Assembly: GCA_027923505.1 (NCBI GenBank)
Contig: BROI01000025.1
Coordinates: 124,001-188,000 of the forward strand
Reading direction: 5' to 3'
Source: Mayamaea pseudoterrestris
Taxonomy: Eukaryota
Length of the DNA stretch: 64,000 nucleotides
Positions 58,678-64,000 of this stretch are shown piece after piece (position 1 is the first letter of the stretch; each line of letters starts with the position of its first letter). Under the pieces are notes generated by a model that worked only from the letters and a program-made list of their open reading frames with translations, searched no databases and was not told where the DNA came from. The translations under genes and the position numbers were made by a program.

Positions 58678-59766
58678 TTGCGTTGGAATCACATTGACTG
58701 TCGTGATTGGGTCGCAGCGTCGCAGTCCTGTTTAACAATGATCGGAGCAGAAACGTTGGCTATCATGCAAAGCCATCATGGCGATATGGAAGGCAATAAA
58801 CAGTTTTCAAACGCAAATGATAACGATGCAGCTGCAAGTGGCCAGCCGAATGGCGAGAGCCCAAGTGCTGATCGATTCATTCCCATTGAATTAACAGAAA
58901 ATGCGCCGCATTTTGTCAATTCAACTCCTCTGCCTAGCCAGCAATCAATAATGGATCCCAATGAATCTAGCTCCATTACACATGCCGCCCAGATTCTCAA
59001 TTCCATTCCTTTGCTCTCGAGTCAGTTACAGCTGAAGCGCTCGTCTCAATCTGAGCAAAACGTTTGCGAAACGGAAAAGCCTGTCAAGCGAGGTCGACGT
59101 ACCAAGCAGCTAGCTCGTCCGCGTAAACTTCCACGTCGACCTTCGTCACCCTTGTCTGACGAAGAAATTGAAGGAAACAAGGGCGTGATTGCGCTGCATC
59201 GTAAGGGCGACAAAGGTGCGCTGCAGACGAACCATGGCGTTGACCAAATGCGGCAACAACCAGACTCTCTACTCGACGGTAATCGAAATGTATGCGTCGC
59301 ACTTGAAGAGCCCCTTCCCGAGAACTCTGTGAACGAAAGTCAAGCTGCCTTATCGGCTGGGCCGTTACCCGAGTTTACGGAACTTGCAAACTATTCGTCA
59401 ACCACGCTCTTCGAGAAATGGGGTCACCTTGCCGAAGGACTTCGCGGATGCGTCATGTGCGGCAAGGTTCGAACCTACTCGAGCGGAAACAAGGGCATTC
59501 GAATTAGAACATCGGAGAGCAATTATGCAACTGGCGTGGATGAGAATGTTGTGATTCCGCTTCAAAACAAGGGTGTTTGCACCGCGTGTGACGTTCGCGT
59601 GTGGGTCATTGGCACGACGGGCCTTCAAATCAAGTGGTGCAAAGGATGCAAGAACTTTCGACCGTGGGCTGCCTTTGGAGAAAAAGGAAGTGCGACGAAA
59701 TGTTTGGGGTGTCGGGAGAGAGCAAAGATGCGTTACGCCAAGCAAAAATCGGGTAGCAAGTCATAG
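58678..59766 (+). CDS. Protein with C-terminal Cys-rich (4x CxxC) basic domain, putative zinc-finger DNA-binding protein (start uncertain)
   Basis: CVMC, IPLQNKGVCTAC, IKWCKGCKNF and KCLGCRER..RYAK; upstream NLS-like KRGRR. Confidence 0.65.
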   Translation: MRWNHIDCRDWVAASQSCLTMIGAETLAIMQSHHGDMEGNKQFSNANDNDAAASGQPNGESPSADRFIPIELTENAPHFVNSTPLPSQQSIMDPNESSSITHAAQILNSIPLLSSQLQLKRSSQSEQNVCETEKPVKRGRRTKQLARPRKLPRRPSSPLSDEEIEGNKGVIALHRKGDKGALQTNHGVDQMRQQPDSLLDGNRNVCVALEEPLPENSVNESQAALSAGPLPEFTELANYSSTTLFEKWGHLAEGLRGCVMCGKVRTYSSGNKGIRIRTSESNYATGVDENVVIPLQNKGVCTACDVRVWVIGTTGLQIKWCKGCKNFRPWAAFGEKGSATKCLGCRERAKMRYAKQKSGSKS

Positions 59767-60380
59767 GCAAGGGGATGCGACGAGTAGGTTCCCTAGTTCC
59801 ACTACTGGGAAATAAACAGCAAGCCTATGGGTAGATGCATAGTTGATTTACTACCTTACTATCGTGCTTACGTAGGTCTAAGGTCCAGCAATACGTAGTT
59901 CTCCAGCAAATGATGTTTGGCGACGAATACCACGGATTGACAGTGATTGGCTGTGAGACTTCAGAGACTCGCAGCGGTAACGAAGCTTGCCGGCGTGCAG
60001 TCTCGTTACGACATCACAAGTTTCGAAGCTGCTGATGATCCATTTCGACCATGGCTTTCACTTTCAATCCATCGCCTTTTGGCTCTTCCTTGAGCTAACG
60101 AACGTTTCTGAACTTTTCGATAAGCTACATATCAAGCATGAAGACTCTCCGATCAATATCGTACCATAGAGGTGCGGAATTCAATCACGTGCATGGCACG
60201 CGCGGTTTCAGCGAGAAACTGCAACGAAATCTGGATCGTGATGCAAAATGCAAACCCTGCGCGTTTGGGATCAGTCGGAAAAACCGCCTCAAAGCCTCAC
60301 AATCCGATTGAGTCGAATTATATTGCGTCTACTCGTCATAACAAGCTTTGAAGCATTCTTCATCAAGACAGCACTATACC

Positions 60381-62300
60381 ATGTCGTCGTCCTCGTCCTC
60401 CTCCTCGCAATCGTCCATTGCCTCGTCGAGCGCATCCAAGAAGCGCAAGCAGCTCGAGATGCTTGAATCGGAGACGGAGATGGAACACTCTGATACGTCT
60501 TTTCCAAGCGAGGAAGCAGCTGCTGCTGCGGCGGCTGGAGCTGCTGCCCGTCCTACCAAGCGATCCAAACTGGAAGCCAAGCAAGAAGGCTTTCTCAAGG
60601 CCCAGAAGTGGTCTGAGGATCAAACGAAGCAAGCCAAGGAAGCTCTTTTGACGCCTCCACGCAAGACTGCTCTTTTTGATGCCAAACACGTCGTTGTCAC
60701 AAGCACGACTGCTACATCTCCAGCTGCAGCATCCTTGTCAAGCGACTCGTCACTTACGTCGTCGTCCAAGCCAGCAGCTTCATTTGTTCCACCTCCACCT
60801 AGTCGCAATCATCAAATCAAAGCGTCGCCACGCGCATTCCAGGGCCTTTCACCCCTTGCCTCTACCAGTCCCACGCTCAAGACCACCTTTCATGTCGCGG
60901 CACCAATGCATGTACGATCAACGGCCTCAACGAACATGGGTTTTGGCTCTGCGATTGAGCGGCAAGGAAACATTATTGCGTCGCCACCGCGCTATCCAAG
61001 CCCTGTTGCGCCGTGCCGCAACGTCCACGCTAGTCGCCAGCATGCCACGGACGGCTACGAAACTGGTGACTCCAATCCAACTGTCCATGCCGCTCGCATT
61101 GCTTCCAAAGCACTCAATTTTAACAAGAGCAACATTGAAATAATTGACTCTGTTTACAAGCAGCCTGCTGTTTACAATCAGCGTGACGAGCGTGGATATG
61201 AAACGGGCGATTCTAACGAAAACGAATACGCTGCACGTGGGCATACGGACGAGCAGCAGCATGCTGGTTATCATGACTCTGGCCTTGAAAGCGATGAAGA
61301 AGAGGAGCATGACGACAAGGGCGACTTTTACCAGTTGCGTGAGTCGCCAAATGATAGCGACTATGAAACGGCGGACGAGGAATTGGAAGATTCTGACAAC
61401 GAGGAAGATGCTCAAGACAAGGAGGAGTTTGAGATAGAGCCACACGCTCCTTGCTTCTTTTGGCGCAACATGTTCTTGGGTGTGTTAAACGTTTTCGATT
61501 TTCTCGTCAAGTGCGTGACTGCTTTGGTACTTTTGGCCTTTGTCATGGAGTGCTTGTCGGTTAACGAATTGAATCGCTCGACACCAGTGTTGCTTGACAA
61601 GGCGCCTTGCTTTGCCAGCAATACGATGGAAGATGCGTCGGCGCCTTGGAGCCAGCGCTGTGTCGCCGCGAGCATTGCTCATCAGTTGTTGCCCTGTCCT
61701 CGTGGCGGCATTTGCGGAAGCGGCAAGTTGCTTTCGTGCGAATTTGAGGGCGTTGACGCCTTTAGTTCCAGTGAGGATGGCTCGACGTGCCAGCTGAATC
61801 CTGTTGCTGCGGCTACATATGATGCAATCATTGAACACTTGAAGAATTTGAGCTTGACGAGTTTGCGTCACGGGCCCTCGTCAACGACTGTCCGAAGTCA
61901 GGGATGGTTGACGACGGAGTCCTTGTCCAATGAGACGCCTCACATCATGTTCAACTTTTATGACATTGTGAAAGAGCTTGAGCTCACCAATGTCGATGGT
62001 AACGACCAGGATTCGTCCGTTATCATTGACTGGTTTGATGCCGCTCTGAAGCATAGAGTTGTCGATGGATTCAACCTTGAATGGAACAGTGATGGCGTTT
62101 GGATTGGCTTTCCACAAGACACGCTGCAGGAAATGACGCGCTTGACTTCACAGCAGGTTGCCATGGAATGGATGCACGATGTAGTCTTTCGTGTTTGGAA
62201 CGAATGGGGTGTTTTATTGGTGGATGCCTTGCAGGAATTTTGGAAGACGAGTGTGAATGAATTTTGGCGAGCATGTCGCTGGTCGAATCTCTGTCAGTAA
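60381..62300 (+). CDS. Man1/Src1(MSC)-like inner nuclear membrane protein (tentative)
   Basis: NLS-like basic N-terminus, long S/P-rich and acidic region, TM segment, then PCPRGGICGSGKLLSC luminal Cys motif. Confidence 0.5.
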   Translation: MSSSSSSSSQSSIASSSASKKRKQLEMLESETEMEHSDTSFPSEEAAAAAAAGAAARPTKRSKLEAKQEGFLKAQKWSEDQTKQAKEALLTPPRKTALFDAKHVVVTSTTATSPAAASLSSDSSLTSSSKPAASFVPPPPSRNHQIKASPRAFQGLSPLASTSPTLKTTFHVAAPMHVRSTASTNMGFGSAIERQGNIIASPPRYPSPVAPCRNVHASRQHATDGYETGDSNPTVHAARIASKALNFNKSNIEIIDSVYKQPAVYNQRDERGYETGDSNENEYAARGHTDEQQHAGYHDSGLESDEEEEHDDKGDFYQLRESPNDSDYETADEELEDSDNEEDAQDKEEFEIEPHAPCFFWRNMFLGVLNVFDFLVKCVTALVLLAFVMECLSVNELNRSTPVLLDKAPCFASNTMEDASAPWSQRCVAASIAHQLLPCPRGGICGSGKLLSCEFEGVDAFSSSEDGSTCQLNPVAAATYDAIIEHLKNLSLTSLRHGPSSTTVRSQGWLTTESLSNETPHIMFNFYDIVKELELTNVDGNDQDSSVIIDWFDAALKHRVVDGFNLEWNSDGVWIGFPQDTLQEMTRLTSQQVAMEWMHDVVFRVWNEWGVLLVDALQEFWKTSVNEFWRACRWSNLCQ

Positions 62301-62619
62301 AGCACATGCTGTATTGTCGCCAAATGAATAAGTGTACGATTAAAATTATCATTTATACGTGTTACTGCCGGAGCCTATGCTCCATGTGCATGTTACTTGT
62401 AGTCCGTTTTACAGTTAGTTAGTCTAACAAGAGAAATAAAAATCATCGCTCCGGGACTCGTGTCAACCACTGCGACACTGTCATTGACGTGCGTTGCATT
62501 CTCCATCCAACATGACCATCGCCATTCACATTTTCAATTTGCACAATCTTGATGGACCGGATTCTCTTTGTTATATACGCGTATGCACGAAGTCCTGTTA
62601 GCCACACTCATTGAAAGTC

Positions 62620-63324
62620 ATGGTGAAGCAAAGAATATCGTCCAGCGGCGACTCGCCAACGTTGCGACGATTGAGCCTCCAGCACGGCTCGCAGTCGTTG
62701 TTTCTTTTGCCTCGAGGTTTGATGATGCTATTCTTGATAATAAACACAGCAGGAGTCCTGGCGTTTGCTCCAAGAAACATTCAAAAACAAAGGATGAGCA
62801 GTCTATCTGTTGAAACCGGCCCGCTGTCGGTAGCACTGGACGAGGAAGTGAAACGACAACTGGCCAAGGCGAGAGGTCTTTTGGAACGAGCCAACGAAAG
62901 GGAAGCATCCGATGAACTTGCAGCAGCAGCAGCAGCAGCAGCAGCAACTTCCAGTGGCAAAGCTAACGTTAATGATATAGATAGCAATGATAAAGACGAG
63001 AACATTCCAGTCATCGCTCCATTCTTCTTTGCCGCCATGAAGGAACCCGAGAAGCGATCACAAGTCGTCAAGTCAGTCAATGAGAATGGATTAATTACCA
63101 CCGATGGCGAAAAGATGGCCTCACTCTCCGAAGCAGAGTCGTGGGAAATCCGTCGACTCGACGACGTGTTCGTCAGCGAGGCGGCCGTGTCGTCCATGGC
63201 GGGTCGCACCTTGAGTGAGAAGGACGCGGCGGCTGGTATTTTTGCGCTGCGACGGCAGTTGCAAGACTCTGACTTTGCAAGGATATTTGACAAAAGGAAT
63301 CGGTTCATTGGGGATCTTGATTGA
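62620..63324 (+). CDS. Hypothetical plastid-targeted protein (start may be ATG 62722)
   Basis: VLA-FAP cleavage motif; globular-looking C-terminus DFARIFDKRNRFIGD. Confidence 0.65.
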   Translation: MVKQRISSSGDSPTLRRLSLQHGSQSLFLLPRGLMMLFLIINTAGVLAFAPRNIQKQRMSSLSVETGPLSVALDEEVKRQLAKARGLLERANEREASDELAAAAAAAAATSSGKANVNDIDSNDKDENIPVIAPFFFAAMKEPEKRSQVVKSVNENGLITTDGEKMASLSEAESWEIRRLDDVFVSEAAVSSMAGRTLSEKDAAAGIFALRRQLQDSDFARIFDKRNRFIGDLD

Positions 63325-63556
63325 AGAGTAAAGTGATTGCAGTGTCAATAAATTTTGCATGCAGGAGTGGGTAGTTTGTGACACGACAAGAATGTGTCGA
63401 AAGAGGTTGCCAACACCAGCCCATGCTATACTGTTGCAAATTGTAAATATCACAATCAAAGATAAAAGAACTACTATTTGTCATTCCTTTGTTAGTTTGC
63501 TATAATTATAAAGATGTCTTGGCAGTCAAAATGGAAGCGAATTAGAGATCGTCCAG

Positions 63557-63913
63557 CTACTTGCTAGATCCAGCATCATCCGTGCCTGGAAGAAGCTTGG
63601 CGGATATTTCCTCCATGTGATCCGCCATTTCAATGTCCTTTATCAAGAGAGACGTTGAACATGATGAGTAACCATTCTACCAAGACAAACTCTCGCAACT
63701 AGCGCATCCATGCACGTTTTGAAACATACCTTGACACTCACGCCGCCACAGTCATGCGTCGAAAGCGTCACCTCCACAATGTTGTAAACGTTGAACCATT
63801 CCGGATGATGGTCCATTTCTTCCGCCACCGACGCCACGCCACTCATGAATTGCCATGCCTGACCAAAGTCTCGAAAGGTAAAGGTTTTGGAAATGGCGTT
63901 GCGATCCGAGCAC
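63557..63913 (-). CDS. PCBD: Pterin-4-alpha-carbinolamine dehydratase, 3' exons (5' end not resolved); intron 63638-63729
   Basis: [46 protein letters not shown]; last exon [10 protein letters not shown]... Confidence 0.9.
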
Positions 63914-64000
63914 TGCGAAAAGAATGCGTAGAAAACACAATGCATGAGTGAAACTATCAATCATTTCAGCATGCCATGTGATCCTCTCATTTCATTATTC

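Overview
Gene-dense eukaryotic nuclear DNA with short GT-AG introns. Several proteins have bipartite signal plus ASAF-type plastid presequences, and THF1 and MGDG synthase are present, so this is most consistent with a diatom or related photosynthetic stramenopile (inference). About 31 protein-coding loci were recognised from translated motifs: ArfGAP, CSN1, EF-hand protein, PILS/AEC transporter, FadH, TSC2-like GAP, KH protein, GT31 galactosyltransferase, MGDG synthase, XRCC3-like, PB1 protein, two Tim17-like paralogues, CLP1, RAD54, RAD5/HLTF-like, SerRS-like, YKT6, SRP receptor alpha, sulfotransferase-like, FolC, bZIP, SQT1-like WD40, THF1, Man1/Src1-like and PCD, plus unknowns. No RNA genes, CRISPR arrays or transposons were recognised. 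The most unusual items appear only after manual splicing: a RAD5/HLTF-like helicase with four HIRAN-like domains, a RAD54 with an inserted bromodomain and a C-terminal RanBP2/NZF finger, a degenerate seryl-tRNA-synthetase paralogue, a small PB1+ZZ-like protein under a 67-bp tandem duplication, and a frameshifted Tim17-family duplicate. All family calls are by motif recognition only; no database searches were run.
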